DNA of 57,928 bases from a virus (IMGVR_UViG_3300045747_000102:1-57928); one strand, 5' to 3'; counted from the stretch's first letter, positions 8,775 to 17,375 are shown. Notes: generated from the sequence alone by a model not told the origin. Program-made: numbers and translations.

Positions 8775-9172
8775 GTATCATCAAATCAGGTTATCGAATC
8801 ACTGTGACTTCATGGGAAAATGATGGTGACAATTATGCAACAGAATCAAAAGATGGATTGACTCACGATCGAGTTCGGTACCACTGTGATTTGCTACAAT
8901 TGATTTCTGGAAGCAATTGCAACGATAAAACTGTCTTTGGTAATATGTATGAACCAGATGATGATGAAATTGAGTTGTTTAGAGAAGCAGTCGATAAAGT
9001 CATTGCGACTCATGAAATTGCAGGAGACGACAGTTTTGATTCTGCTCTAGATATCATCAATGAATATACCGGCTCGGGTGATCAATATACTCGGGTTGCA
9101 GAAGAAATTGTGGTAGAATTCATACCAACACGAATTGATATTGAAGACGTAACAAAGGAATTTATTCAATGA
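8771..9172 (+). CDS. Hypothetical acidic protein
   Basis: GY.I.VTSWENDGDNY motif. Confidence 0.65.
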   Translation: MSIIKSGYRITVTSWENDGDNYATESKDGLTHDRVRYHCDLLQLISGSNCNDKTVFGNMYEPDDDEIELFREAVDKVIATHEIAGDDSFDSALDIINEYTGSGDQYTRVAEEIVVEFIPTRIDIEDVTKEFIQ

Positions 9173-10068
9173 CCGAAGGAAAATGTGGCATCTCTGCCAC
9201 TATTATTGCAGACTCGATTAATGCAGACGGAAACCGACTCACTACTTTTGAGTTGGTTTATCCGCGCTTCATCTTGGCTGAAGTGAATACTCATCGTATG
9301 CTTTCGAAGAATTCAGCTTCGTCACGAGCAATCCCAATTGCTAAGATGATGGAGCTGATTGACGAAGCTCCAGCTATGCCTGTGTTCTGGGGAAAGAATA
9401 AGCCCGGTATGTCGGCATCAGAAGAACTCACTGGTGACCAACTCACCGAAGCTAAAATCATCTGGGCTGAAGCAAAAGATACTGCTCTGGAATACGTCTC
9501 TCGTTTGGATGAAGCTCAGCTACATAAGCAAATTGCCAATCGTATCTCTGAGCCATGGCAGATGATGAAGTCTGTTGTATCTGGAACCGAATGGGCTAAT
9601 ATCCTGTGGCTTCGTAATCATGATGCTGCACAGCCAGAGTTCCATGAACTTGCTCGTTGTATCAAAGAAGAATTTGATGCATCTGTGCCTCAGTTTTTGG
9701 CTCCAGGTCAATGGCATCTTCCTTACATCAAATCAGTTCTGGTTGGAAATTTCGGCCAGGAATTTGAAAATAATGTAACGCTCGAACAAGCACAAAAGAT
9801 CTCTGCATCCTGTTGTGCCCAAGTATCTTATCGTAAGCTTGATGATTCTATTGAGAAGGCTTTGGATATTTACGAAAAGCTTGTTGGTATGGATCGTCAA
9901 CATGCGTCACCATTTGAGCACCTTGGTACTCCAATGAAACCTCAGACTGCTTGGTCAGTTCCGGACCGCGGTATTACACACCGTGATATTAAGTCCAAAT
10001 ACTGGTCGGCAAACTTCCAAGGATTTATCCAGTATCGTAAGTTACTTCCAAATGAGGCAGTATGGTAA
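9169..10068 (+). CDS. thyX: Flavin-dependent thymidylate synthase (phage-type ThyX)
   Basis: YPRFILAEVNTHRMLSKNSASSRAIP, HKQIANR, AQPEF, HASPFEH. Confidence 0.92.
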   Translation: MTEGKCGISATIIADSINADGNRLTTFELVYPRFILAEVNTHRMLSKNSASSRAIPIAKMMELIDEAPAMPVFWGKNKPGMSASEELTGDQLTEAKIIWAEAKDTALEYVSRLDEAQLHKQIANRISEPWQMMKSVVSGTEWANILWLRNHDAAQPEFHELARCIKEEFDASVPQFLAPGQWHLPYIKSVLVGNFGQEFENNVTLEQAQKISASCCAQVSYRKLDDSIEKALDIYEKLVGMDRQHASPFEHLGTPMKPQTAWSVPDRGITHRDIKSKYWSANFQGFIQYRKLLPNEAVW

Positions 10069-10355
10069 CAATGATTTGTGATAAATGTGGCTGGGCACAT
10101 TTTGGTGTTACTCGAGATTATGCAGTAAATAGTATCGATGATTTCCTTAAATATTACCATACATTATCTGCAACCGAGAAAACAACCTTTTATGGTGCAG
10201 AACCAGTTACATTTGGCTCTATGTATCGAAAGTATTTGAAGTGTTTCCAATGTGGCGGTCATTATAATGATTTCCACGCAAAAACTGAGGCTGACCGAGT
10301 GCCAATTGGAGTTACGATGCAACCGATTGTTTCTACTCACCAAGACGCTGCTTAG
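10062..10355 (+). CDS. Zinc-ribbon protein
   Basis: CDKCGWAHF...CFQCG. Confidence 0.65.
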   Translation: MVTMICDKCGWAHFGVTRDYAVNSIDDFLKYYHTLSATEKTTFYGAEPVTFGSMYRKYLKCFQCGGHYNDFHAKTEADRVPIGVTMQPIVSTHQDAA

Positions 10356-10430
10356 ATCGCCGTAGAACGGTCGTTTAGTGGCTTGGGTATAGTAACATAC
10401 CAACTCGGCTTGTAGACGACTTAAAAATAA

Positions 10431-10459
10431 TTTACACATATTCTCACACATGGTATAAT
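10431..10459 (+). promoter_or_regulatory. Early promoter (class 1)
   Basis: TTTACAcatattctcacacatggTATAAT. Confidence 0.85.
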
Positions 10460-10489
10460 GAACCATCTTCTGAAAACAAAGGAATTCTC

Positions 10490-10570
10490 ATGGACTACAT
10501 TGACATTGCTGTGATTGCCGTAACTCTGGTCTACATTGTTGCCAAACTCCGCTTCCCTGAGACATTCTGA
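10490..10570 (+). CDS. 26-aa single-TM peptide (not in ORF track)
   Basis: MDYIDIAVIAVTLVYIVAKLRFPETF with AAGGA SD, first ORF after promoter. Confidence 0.5.
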   Translation: MDYIDIAVIAVTLVYIVAKLRFPETF

Positions 10571-10586
10571 ATCCAAAGGAAAAATC

Positions 10587-11054
10587 ATGCTTATTACTCA
10601 TAAAGCTCGTTGCATTTGGCCCAAGAGCCGTGGTGTTTCTACTCAACCCGGTGAAAAGTCTGACTGCACAGTTCGCGCAGCTGTGAATGCTACTGGTCTT
10701 CCGTACCAAAAGGTTCACGATGTATTGAAGTTCTATGGTCGTCAAGATGGCCAAGGTGCTGAACAACGTACATGGGCTCGTGCATACCGTTCTCTTGGTC
10801 TCAAGCTGATCGGAATATTTGGTAAGTCTAAAACTGCCATGTCAGAATGGAATATGCTGGAACGTGAATATGCCCACCCAGTTGAAAACTATGCCGGTAC
10901 TTCCATCAAGAACTTTGTAAAGTCTCACCCACGTGGAACCTACGTTTGTCTGACACACAATCATGCATTTGCAATTGTGAGAGGTGAATTGGTTGACTCG
11001 ACTCCATTGCTCTTGAACACTCGCATTACCGTAGCTTATGAGGTCGTATCATGA
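10587..11054 (+). CDS. Hypothetical protein, possible papain-like fold
   Basis: DCTVRA near N-terminus and HAFAI..G..VD near C-terminus (Cys/His/Asp order); start at ATG 10587 with AAGGA SD. Confidence 0.6.
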   Translation: MLITHKARCIWPKSRGVSTQPGEKSDCTVRAAVNATGLPYQKVHDVLKFYGRQDGQGAEQRTWARAYRSLGLKLIGIFGKSKTAMSEWNMLEREYAHPVENYAGTSIKNFVKSHPRGTYVCLTHNHAFAIVRGELVDSTPLLLNTRITVAYEVVS

Positions 11055-11287
11055 AAACATTACTAGAAACCCTGAACACCGAAGCTCCTGTGATTGTGCA
11101 ATTTCGCACAAAGAAGAACAAACTTCGGACAATGGCTTGTACCCGGGATTTGAAATCAATCCCAACTGAACAACATGCTGGAATTAATTCTCCAGTCCTC
11201 AATCAACCTGGAATTCTCTGTGTCTATGATTTGCTGATCAAAGAGTGGAGAGCTTTCCGAATCGACTCGGTAACCTCATATGACTAA
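11051..11287 (+). CDS. WYL-like SH3-fold protein (DUF2693-like), paralogue 1
   Basis: VQFRTKK...RTMACT...VYDL..KEWRAFRIDSV. Confidence 0.75.
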   Translation: MKTLLETLNTEAPVIVQFRTKKNKLRTMACTRDLKSIPTEQHAGINSPVLNQPGILCVYDLLIKEWRAFRIDSVTSYD

Positions 11288-11753
11288 AGTAACCAAAATT
11301 TTGCTAGACATGGATGGCGTGAAGTGTAACTTCATGAAATCATTCGACGCGATTCAAATGCCGAATTCGTACAAGAAGTTCCGACTCTCTGTGCTGCATT
11401 TGCGGATCTTTGAAACTCTAGAGTGGATGCCAAACGGCCGAGCTCTTGTAGAATTCCTTGATACTCTAGATATTCCAATCGAGTTGCTTACGTCACGGGG
11501 ATCTCGTGATGATATTCTCGGGAACGAAGCGATACGTCAAAAGAATGTATGGCTTGATAAGCATGGCATTCAGTATCCACGGAACTTTGCTCGGACTGGA
11601 CTTGAGAAGGTTAAGCATTCTCTCCCGGGAACATTGTTGATCGACGATACACCAAAAGTAGTTGAATCGTTCCGTACTGGGCAAGGTAAAGCAATTCTGT
11701 ATGAAGATTCAAAGTTCGAAGAAATGAAAGAACTAATTAAGGCACATCTATGA
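11280..11753 (+). CDS. HAD-family 5'(3')-deoxyribonucleotidase-like protein
   Basis: LDMDGV, LLTS, K..WL, LIDD motifs. Confidence 0.85.
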   Translation: MTKVTKILLDMDGVKCNFMKSFDAIQMPNSYKKFRLSVLHLRIFETLEWMPNGRALVEFLDTLDIPIELLTSRGSRDDILGNEAIRQKNVWLDKHGIQYPRNFARTGLEKVKHSLPGTLLIDDTPKVVESFRTGQGKAILYEDSKFEEMKELIKAHL

Positions 11754-12052
11754 AAACAGTAACTGTACTGGGTAAGATTAAACCCGAAGAAGCTGAAATC
11801 TGCAATATTCTTTTGGAAGAATGCGCAGAAACAATTCAAGCAGTCTCAAAGGTGTTTCGCTTCGGTTGGAATTCTTGCCACCCAGATAAGCCGAATTACA
11901 CCAACAAGGAACATCTGACCGAAGAACTCGGTGACCTGGTCTGTATGATCAAAATCCTGTGTGACAAGGGAATTGTCTCGATGGAAGATATTTCTCGGTA
12001 CGCAGAGTTCAAGCAGAATAAACTCAAGATCTATTCGGATATTAAGCTATGA
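11750..12052 (+). CDS. MazG-like nucleotide pyrophosphohydrolase
   Basis: EECAETIQAVSK..RFG...EELGDL. Confidence 0.8.
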   Translation: MKTVTVLGKIKPEEAEICNILLEECAETIQAVSKVFRFGWNSCHPDKPNYTNKEHLTEELGDLVCMIKILCDKGIVSMEDISRYAEFKQNKLKIYSDIKL

Positions 12053-12378
12053 GATGTAAGCAAGGTGATCTGGCATACATTATCAAGGCACTACGACCCG
12101 AGAATGTTGGGAAAGTAGTTCAATGTGTCGAGTGCATTGGTTTCCATGAACGGTTCCAAGCATTCGGACTACATGGTGAGACTTGGGTTTCACCAGATTC
12201 AGATTACCTTTGGGTGATTAAGAATTCAGGTTCGATCACAACTCTGTATGGTCCTGCAAAGGAAGCGGTGATCCCAGATTCTTGGCTTCGGCCAATTAAG
12301 GCAGATCCCTCAGATACTCTTGATGAAGATATTGCAGAGGATTCTGGTAAAGAATTAGTTTATAATGATGAAAGATGA
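12049..12378 (+). CDS. Hypothetical phage protein
   Basis: CKQGDLA...N.GKVV...PDSWLRPI. Confidence 0.65.
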   Translation: MRCKQGDLAYIIKALRPENVGKVVQCVECIGFHERFQAFGLHGETWVSPDSDYLWVIKNSGSITTLYGPAKEAVIPDSWLRPIKADPSDTLDEDIAEDSGKELVYNDER

Positions 12379-12992
12379 AAATGGCAGTTTATAAAGATAT
12401 CCCAGAGAATACATTTGGTCCAACTCCAGCAGCAATGTATCTGTGTCGCCTCTTGAATGAAGGCAAGAAAGAACTTGAACGACGCTCGATGGGTCGTCGA
12501 ATTACCGGGACCTCTGCTCAGATTAATCAGCTGATCCTTAGCTATGAATCCGGTTGCCTAGGACCAAAGACCCTAGCGAATTGTCTGCGCCTGATGCGTG
12601 AAGAAATCTCTACTGGAAATTTCGGAATCACAATTGAAGAACAACTCTGCCGCAATGTGCAAATCGGCTATATCAAGCAAGGTATTCGTCTTGCTACCGT
12701 GGGTCGTAAGGCTGAACGAGTGATGTCATCCCCTGTGGCTAAGTCATCAAAAGTATTGTCTGAACAGGGTGATGATGGAATTTATGATGAATACTTCTTC
12801 CGTGATTCAGAAACCGGCACACAATATAAGGCGGGTGAAGGTTATCAATATATAGATGAATTCGGTGGAAGTTGGACCGAAGTGAATCGTCTTAAATCAG
12901 AAGAAGTGAATCACATCACTCCAGAACTATTGCACGAACGTTCGGTTCGTCGGTGTATTCGGCTCAAAAAGCCTCATGTTTCTCAACTGTAA
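12375..12992 (+). CDS. Hypothetical protein
   Basis: 205-aa ATGA-coupled ORF. Confidence 0.65.
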   Translation: MKMAVYKDIPENTFGPTPAAMYLCRLLNEGKKELERRSMGRRITGTSAQINQLILSYESGCLGPKTLANCLRLMREEISTGNFGITIEEQLCRNVQIGYIKQGIRLATVGRKAERVMSSPVAKSSKVLSEQGDDGIYDEYFFRDSETGTQYKAGEGYQYIDEFGGSWTEVNRLKSEEVNHITPELLHERSVRRCIRLKKPHVSQL

Positions 12993-13005
12993 AGGAAAAT
13001 TCTAA

Positions 13006-13866
13006 ATGTTTATTTTGATTATTGGTGCTCTCGTTGCGATCGCACTGTTTGTGGTTCTTCACTTTGTTCTGAAGACATCTTCTGGATTGGCAATTGCCGG
13101 TGCCCTGGCCATATTTCTCTCTGCCTTCATTTTTGATTGCGTAACCATCATTCCAGCAGGTCACGTTGGTGTACAAGCTACATTCGGACAGGTCAATTTT
13201 GAACCTCTGGCCGAGGGTTTACACTTTGTAAATCCACTCAGCACGATTACAAATGTTGATGTACGATTGGAAAAGGCCCAACTCACTGGGAAATCTGCCG
13301 GTACAAAAGACCTACAGGTCGTACACACAGATATTACTGTGAACTACCGACTAGATCCAGCGAAGGCTCCTGTGATTCTTAAGGACTATGGTCTGAACGT
13401 GTCCGATAAGATTCTCGATCCATCTGTGAATGAGGCATTCAAATCTGTTACTGGTCATTACACCTCAGAGGAATTGATCACCAAGCGTGATCTGGTATCC
13501 GCGGAAATCCTACAACACGTAAAGGATAAGGTTCATGGGTATGATATTGTCGTAAGTTCAATCAGCCTGGTTAACTTTGCGTTCTCCCCAGAGTATCAAA
13601 AGGCTATTGAAGCCAAGGTTATCTCGGTACAACAAACTGCTAAGGCAGAGCAAGACCTACGACGAATTGAAGTAGAGGCTAAGTCCCGGATTGCTCAGGC
13701 AGAAGGTGAAGCTAAGGCTATTGCGATTCAGGCAGCTGCTATCCAATCAAATGGTGGTGCTCAATATGTCCAACTGCAGGCCCTGGAAAAATGGAATGGA
13801 GTACTTCCCACCATGATGTCTGGTGCTGTTCCATTCATTAATGTAACTCCACCCCCAGCAAAATGA
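13006..13866 (+). CDS. SPFH/prohibitin (Band 7) membrane protein
   Basis: N-terminal TMs, IPAGHVGV, EGLHFVNP, TKDLQ, AIEAK, AEGEAKA, EKWNG.LP. Confidence 0.92.
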   Translation: MFILIIGALVAIALFVVLHFVLKTSSGLAIAGALAIFLSAFIFDCVTIIPAGHVGVQATFGQVNFEPLAEGLHFVNPLSTITNVDVRLEKAQLTGKSAGTKDLQVVHTDITVNYRLDPAKAPVILKDYGLNVSDKILDPSVNEAFKSVTGHYTSEELITKRDLVSAEILQHVKDKVHGYDIVVSSISLVNFAFSPEYQKAIEAKVISVQQTAKAEQDLRRIEVEAKSRIAQAEGEAKAIAIQAAAIQSNGGAQYVQLQALEKWNGVLPTMMSGAVPFINVTPPPAK

Positions 13867-14294
13867 TTACCCGAGCCCAAGCCAAAGAATTAGTCATCAA
13901 GAAGAATTCTGCGGCGCTGATTAAAATCATTCGGGCATCAAAGGCAGCTATCTTCGCACAAGGAAGAGGCTGCTTTATTGATGAATACGGAGTTGATTAC
14001 GTTGATCCCAAGAGAAACATCCGGGATGCAATTGGTGTGCTGGTACCATTTTACTCAAATGGAAAACTGAAGCGGCATTATGGGTTGATCTCCGAAGAGG
14101 CACAGAAGCCTATTGTCCGTGTGATTCAGAAAACATACCATGTTGAGATCAATATTCCAAATGAGTACAATAGGTTTGTGAGAACTTTGCAGGAACTGCA
14201 ATACATCCATGACGAATGCTTTGATGATAACAAACTGGAAATGTCTAAGTTCTTAGACCGATGCCAGAAACTTGAAGAAAGAATTGTATGCTAG
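13863..14294 (+). CDS. Hypothetical protein
   Basis: QG....AIG.L...LQ.IHD pattern. Confidence 0.6.
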   Translation: MITRAQAKELVIKKNSAALIKIIRASKAAIFAQGRGCFIDEYGVDYVDPKRNIRDAIGVLVPFYSNGKLKRHYGLISEEAQKPIVRVIQKTYHVEINIPNEYNRFVRTLQELQYIHDECFDDNKLEMSKFLDRCQKLEERIVC

Positions 14295-14461
14295 AACGTG
14301 ATGAAAACGGCCGACTAAATCCAATCGAAGAAATCAATGGACTTTGGTATTTTTGGAACGAAACTTGGGCATTTTCCCATGGTCCTTACAAAGACAAAAG
14401 AACTGCTGAATCGGCAATGGAAGCATACTGCTTGACGTTAGACGGACCGATTGAGCCATAA
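14288..14461 (+). CDS. Small hypothetical protein (not in ORF track)
   Basis: MLERDENG...WYFWNETWAFSHGPY...; TAA abuts next promoter. Confidence 0.55.
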   Translation: MLERDENGRLNPIEEINGLWYFWNETWAFSHGPYKDKRTAESAMEAYCLTLDGPIEP

Positions 14462-14490
14462 TTTACACATATTCCTCACTGTAGTATAAT
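14462..14490 (+). promoter_or_regulatory. Early promoter (class 1)
   Basis: TTTACAcatattcctcactgtagTATAAT. Confidence 0.85.
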
Positions 14491-14519
14491 AGACCCATAC
14501 CGAAACACAAAGGAAAAAT

Positions 14520-14762
14520 ATGACTAAAGATACCGTTGAACTGCAAATCCAAGAAATGGAAGCTGAAATGGCTAAGGTTGCTGTGGCTGCACAAGTTGCG
14601 TTACTACACCAGGCTCGGCTGAGTCTCAAGAAGGCTCGTGTAGACATTAAAGCTGCTCTGGGCGACACGGATGTCGGTCATCAATACCTTTCGGATCTGG
14701 CTGACATGATTGAAGAACTCGATCACGACTGTGCCGATCTGTGCTATAACGGAGGAATTTGA
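14520..14762 (+). CDS. Hypothetical helical early protein
   Basis: AAGGA SD after promoter. Confidence 0.65.
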   Translation: MTKDTVELQIQEMEAEMAKVAVAAQVALLHQARLSLKKARVDIKAALGDTDVGHQYLSDLADMIEELDHDCADLCYNGGI

Positions 14763-14764
14763 TC

Positions 14765-14929
14765 ATGAACAAAATCTATTATTACGCCAATGTGCTGATC
14801 GGGGTGCCTTTGCTTTTCATTGTGGCATTCAGTATGAATATGTGGAAGCTGACCAAACAGGCATTTCGTTGGTCTGTTGCTGAGACAAAAAGCGCATACC
14901 AAGAAAATCGTCGGCACTACAAGATGTAA
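14765..14929 (+). CDS. Small membrane protein (not in ORF track)
   Basis: GGAGG SD; MNKIYYYANVLIGVPLLFIVAFSM...; TAA abuts next promoter. Confidence 0.55.
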   Translation: MNKIYYYANVLIGVPLLFIVAFSMNMWKLTKQAFRWSVAETKSAYQENRRHYKM

Positions 14930-14958
14930 TTTACACATATTCCTCGTTGTAGTATAAT
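14930..14958 (+). promoter_or_regulatory. Early promoter (class 1)
   Basis: TTTACAcatattcctcgttgtagTATAAT. Confidence 0.85.
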
Positions 14959-14983
14959 AGACTCATACCGCAAAGGAATTGAA

Positions 14984-15217
14984 ATGTTACCGACTATACT
15001 TGCAACAGTCCGTGTGTATAATCAAAACTATACGCCCATGAACGGCCAGGACTTTCAAATTTCAGAAGAACGAACCGTGGAAGTACTTCAATTGAATCTG
15101 AATTCTTCTGGTATGCGTGTTCGCTTTAATGATTCTTACCAAGGCAAAACTAAAGTTGTGACTCAGGATATAGGTATTGATGCATTCTTTGCACAGTATG
15201 CAATTGTCCGTCTTTAA
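14984..15217 (+). CDS. Hypothetical early protein
   Basis: Single gene between two promoters; AAGGA SD. Confidence 0.65.
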   Translation: MLPTILATVRVYNQNYTPMNGQDFQISEERTVEVLQLNLNSSGMRVRFNDSYQGKTKVVTQDIGIDAFFAQYAIVRL

Positions 15218-15246
15218 TTTACACATATTCCTCATTGTAGTATAAT
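15218..15246 (+). promoter_or_regulatory. Early promoter (class 1)
   Basis: TTTACAcatattcctcattgtagTATAAT. Confidence 0.85.
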
Positions 15247-15275
15247 AAACCATCTTCTGAAACAAAGGAAAAATC

Positions 15276-15818
15276 ATGGTCTCCAAGGAACAAATCATCT
15301 CTCTGCTTGCAACCAACGACAAGGCTGTTGCCCGTGCCTTGGTTGCCCTGAATGACCGTCAGACTGCAGACGAACAGCAAAACCAATCTACTCGCCTGGA
15401 CAACGGTATGGGTTTCAAACCCTGCCATGCTCGCATGGGTACCTCGATGGCTGAATTCTTCCAAAAGAACGGTTACCTCTCTCCCAAGCAAATTGCCTAC
15501 TGGCGCAAGGTTGATGCCAACGGTTCCATGCGAATCGGTTGCTACTGGAAACAGTTGATGGAAGTGGCTGCTGCTAAGGAAGCCACAAAGGCTCAGGTTC
15601 TGCCCAAGTTCCTGGTTCCCGGTGGTTTTCGGACCAAACTGATGAACGAAAAGGTTGAACTCGAAGAAACCCTGGCTGCATACAACGAAGGTGCTTTCGG
15701 TGATGTCTCTGATGAAGCATATGATCGTATCTTCGGCCGTATGGAACAAATCTCTGAGGCACTGGAAGAACTTGATCGGTGCGAATACAAGATGCGCCGT
15801 GACGGAATGATGGTATGA
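15276..15818 (+). CDS. Hypothetical early protein
   Basis: RAL..L..RQTADEQ...NG.GF...LS.KQ pattern; AAGGA SD. Confidence 0.7.
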   Translation: MVSKEQIISLLATNDKAVARALVALNDRQTADEQQNQSTRLDNGMGFKPCHARMGTSMAEFFQKNGYLSPKQIAYWRKVDANGSMRIGCYWKQLMEVAAAKEATKAQVLPKFLVPGGFRTKLMNEKVELEETLAAYNEGAFGDVSDEAYDRIFGRMEQISEALEELDRCEYKMRRDGMMV

Positions 15819-16006
15819 TGCTCACACAAGTCAAGAAGCACAATGGGATCGTGTTCTACGGTTATACATACGGAACCAATCCCACTCCCTATTGGTCAAT
15901 GAAATATTACGAGGAAACATGTCCCAGCCCAGCCCAAGCAAACGAACGAGTTTACCAAATCCGTTCGCACGATTTTCACCCTCCGATTCCAGTGTTTCTG
16001 CCATGA
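15815..16006 (+). CDS. Hypothetical protein
   Basis: ATGA-coupled ORF. Confidence 0.5.
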   Translation: MMLTQVKKHNGIVFYGYTYGTNPTPYWSMKYYEETCPSPAQANERVYQIRSHDFHPPIPVFLP

Positions 16007-16149
16007 GCCCCTTTGAACTTGGTTATTCTGACGGTTATCATCGTCATGCTAAATCCAATCCGTTTGATCTGGATTCTGTTCCGTACACTGAATATGAAAA
16101 TGGTTACAAAGCTGGCGGGGCTGTCCGCACACTCGGAGGATTGATGTGA
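16003..16149 (+). CDS. Small protein with RMF/CrpP-like GY..G...NPF...GY..G pattern
   Basis: MSPFELGYSDGYHRHAKSNPFDLDSVPYTEYENGYKAGG; start at ATG 16003 (ATGA overlap). Confidence 0.5.
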   Translation: MSPFELGYSDGYHRHAKSNPFDLDSVPYTEYENGYKAGGAVRTLGGLM

Positions 16150-16385
16150 TTACTTATCTGAAACAAATTTTCTCGAAAGAAAAATACAAAATCGTTGCCG
16201 TGATTCACATGAAGTCTGGCAAGAAATACAAAGTACCCTGTGATGTATTGAATTTCAAATCCACAGATGGAGTATTGACTTCATATTCATTTGAAGGTGC
16301 AATGTATAAAGCATTCCGGTTCATGAACATGAACGAAGTTGAATTCATTGCATGTGAATCCTATTCTCGCTTTGGAAGGTACTAA
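16146..16385 (+). CDS. Hypothetical protein
   Basis: GGAGG SD, GTG start. Confidence 0.55.
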   Translation: MITYLKQIFSKEKYKIVAVIHMKSGKKYKVPCDVLNFKSTDGVLTSYSFEGAMYKAFRFMNMNEVEFIACESYSRFGRY

Positions 16386-16386
16386 A

Positions 16387-16542
16387 ATGTACAAACTACT
16401 AATCATGATTCAGCTCGGCTCGAGCCATTCTTCTCAACTTGCTTCGTATGATTCTCAAGTAGATGCCGACCTGGCTTTTCTGTTGATCAAAAAAACGAAC
16501 AACGCTTACAATTTTACCGTTACTAAACTTTACAAGGAATGA
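16387..16542 (+). CDS. Hypothetical protein
   Basis: ATG 16387 after GAAGG SD. Confidence 0.5.
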   Translation: MYKLLIMIQLGSSHSSQLASYDSQVDADLAFLLIKKTNNAYNFTVTKLYKE

Positions 16543-16805
16543 AAATGACCACAACCGCACAAAATGCCACTCTCGGCGACCTGCTCAAAGATACTGTGGT
16601 GACCGTAAAGTTCACCAAGGTATCTGACGGCTCTGTTCGTACGATGGCTTGTACCAAGAACTTTGCCCTGATTCCGGCAGCGGAATATCCCAAGCAGGAT
16701 TCTCTCCCGGCCAAGATCAATGAAGAAATTCTGAAAGTCTACGACATGGAAAAATGCTCTTGGAGGTCTTTCCGCAAGGATTCTGTTATTTCATACGAGG
16801 TGTAA
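16539..16805 (+). CDS. WYL-like SH3-fold protein (DUF2693-like), paralogue 2
   Basis: VTVKFTKVSDGSVRTMACT...VYDMEKCSWRSFRKDSV. Confidence 0.8.
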   Translation: MKMTTTAQNATLGDLLKDTVVTVKFTKVSDGSVRTMACTKNFALIPAAEYPKQDSLPAKINEEILKVYDMEKCSWRSFRKDSVISYEV

Positions 16806-16806
16806 C

Positions 16807-16962
16807 ATGGACTTTATGCATCTGAAGCAGACAAAAGAACTTCGTGATCTTCGAGAACGGAACGAGGAACGCCTGAAACTTGCCAAGGAAAAGCTTGGTG
16901 ATAAATGGCTCCTGCATCCTACACAGCAGATTCCCCGAAAGTCACTGAATCTAATTAAATAA
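16807..16962 (+). CDS. Small hypothetical protein (not in ORF track)
   Basis: GAGG SD; MDFMHLKQ...KEKLGDKWLLHP. Confidence 0.55.
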   Translation: MDFMHLKQTKELRDLRERNEERLKLAKEKLGDKWLLHPTQQIPRKSLNLIK

Positions 16963-17078
16963 CAAATACCATCTTATGATGCATATCTGAAGGTCGAACC
17001 CTGTAATAAGGTGATGATGCCGGAACTCTTGTGTGGATAACGGAAACGTAGGAGCGGAGATAAGATGGGATTTTGTTA
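16960..17078 (+). ncRNA. Candidate structured non-coding RNA
   Basis: Intergenic; CCATCTTAT(16969-77) pairs with ATAAGATGG(17060-68), extended by TAACAAA/TTTGTTA; internal CCG..CTCTT/AGGAG.CGG and ACG-GAAA-CGT hairpins; ATTAAATA late-promoter motif at 16954-61. Confidence 0.45.
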
Positions 17079-17128
17079 ATTGGCAGCAACTTTGTGATGG
17101 TGCTGGATAGAGTACTGGAGACAAGGTT

Positions 17129-17371
17129 ATGAAAAAGAAACGCAATTATGAGAATGGGATAGACTATCCAAACGACTTTACTCAGTCCGATTTTTTGGAC
17201 TCTGTAAGTTGTTCGGAGCTCATTATGGATACTGTTCCAATGGCTCTGATGTCTATGTTTGAAGATCCAAATGCGGCACCTGTGTCAGAATCGAAATTTG
17301 CTGCACTTGAACCAGCCGAAAATATTTGGGACACACCGAATATAACTCGGCATGATAAGCTGAATAAATAG
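17129..17371 (+). CDS. Hypothetical acidic protein
   Basis: 80-aa ORF with AAGG SD. Confidence 0.55.
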   Translation: MKKKRNYENGIDYPNDFTQSDFLDSVSCSELIMDTVPMALMSMFEDPNAAPVSESKFAALEPAENIWDTPNITRHDKLNK

Positions 17372-17375
17372 AAAA

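Noticed and set aside
1209-15246. CRISPR-like array from the recurring TTTACACATATTCC repeat
   Set aside because: Spacing is irregular (0.3-4 kb) with whole genes in between; the repeats are -35/-10 promoters.
3863-15749. Antisense ORFs ending in variants of VYYTTxRNMCKL (3863-4444, 14438-14668, 15062-15322 etc.)
   Set aside because: The shared peptide is just the reverse-complement translation of the promoter repeat; these ORFs lie opposite real + strand genes.
16981-17050. Hammerhead ribozyme in the candidate ncRNA
   Set aside because: TGATGA and GAAAC are present, but the exact CUGANGA core with correctly placed stems could not be assembled by eye.
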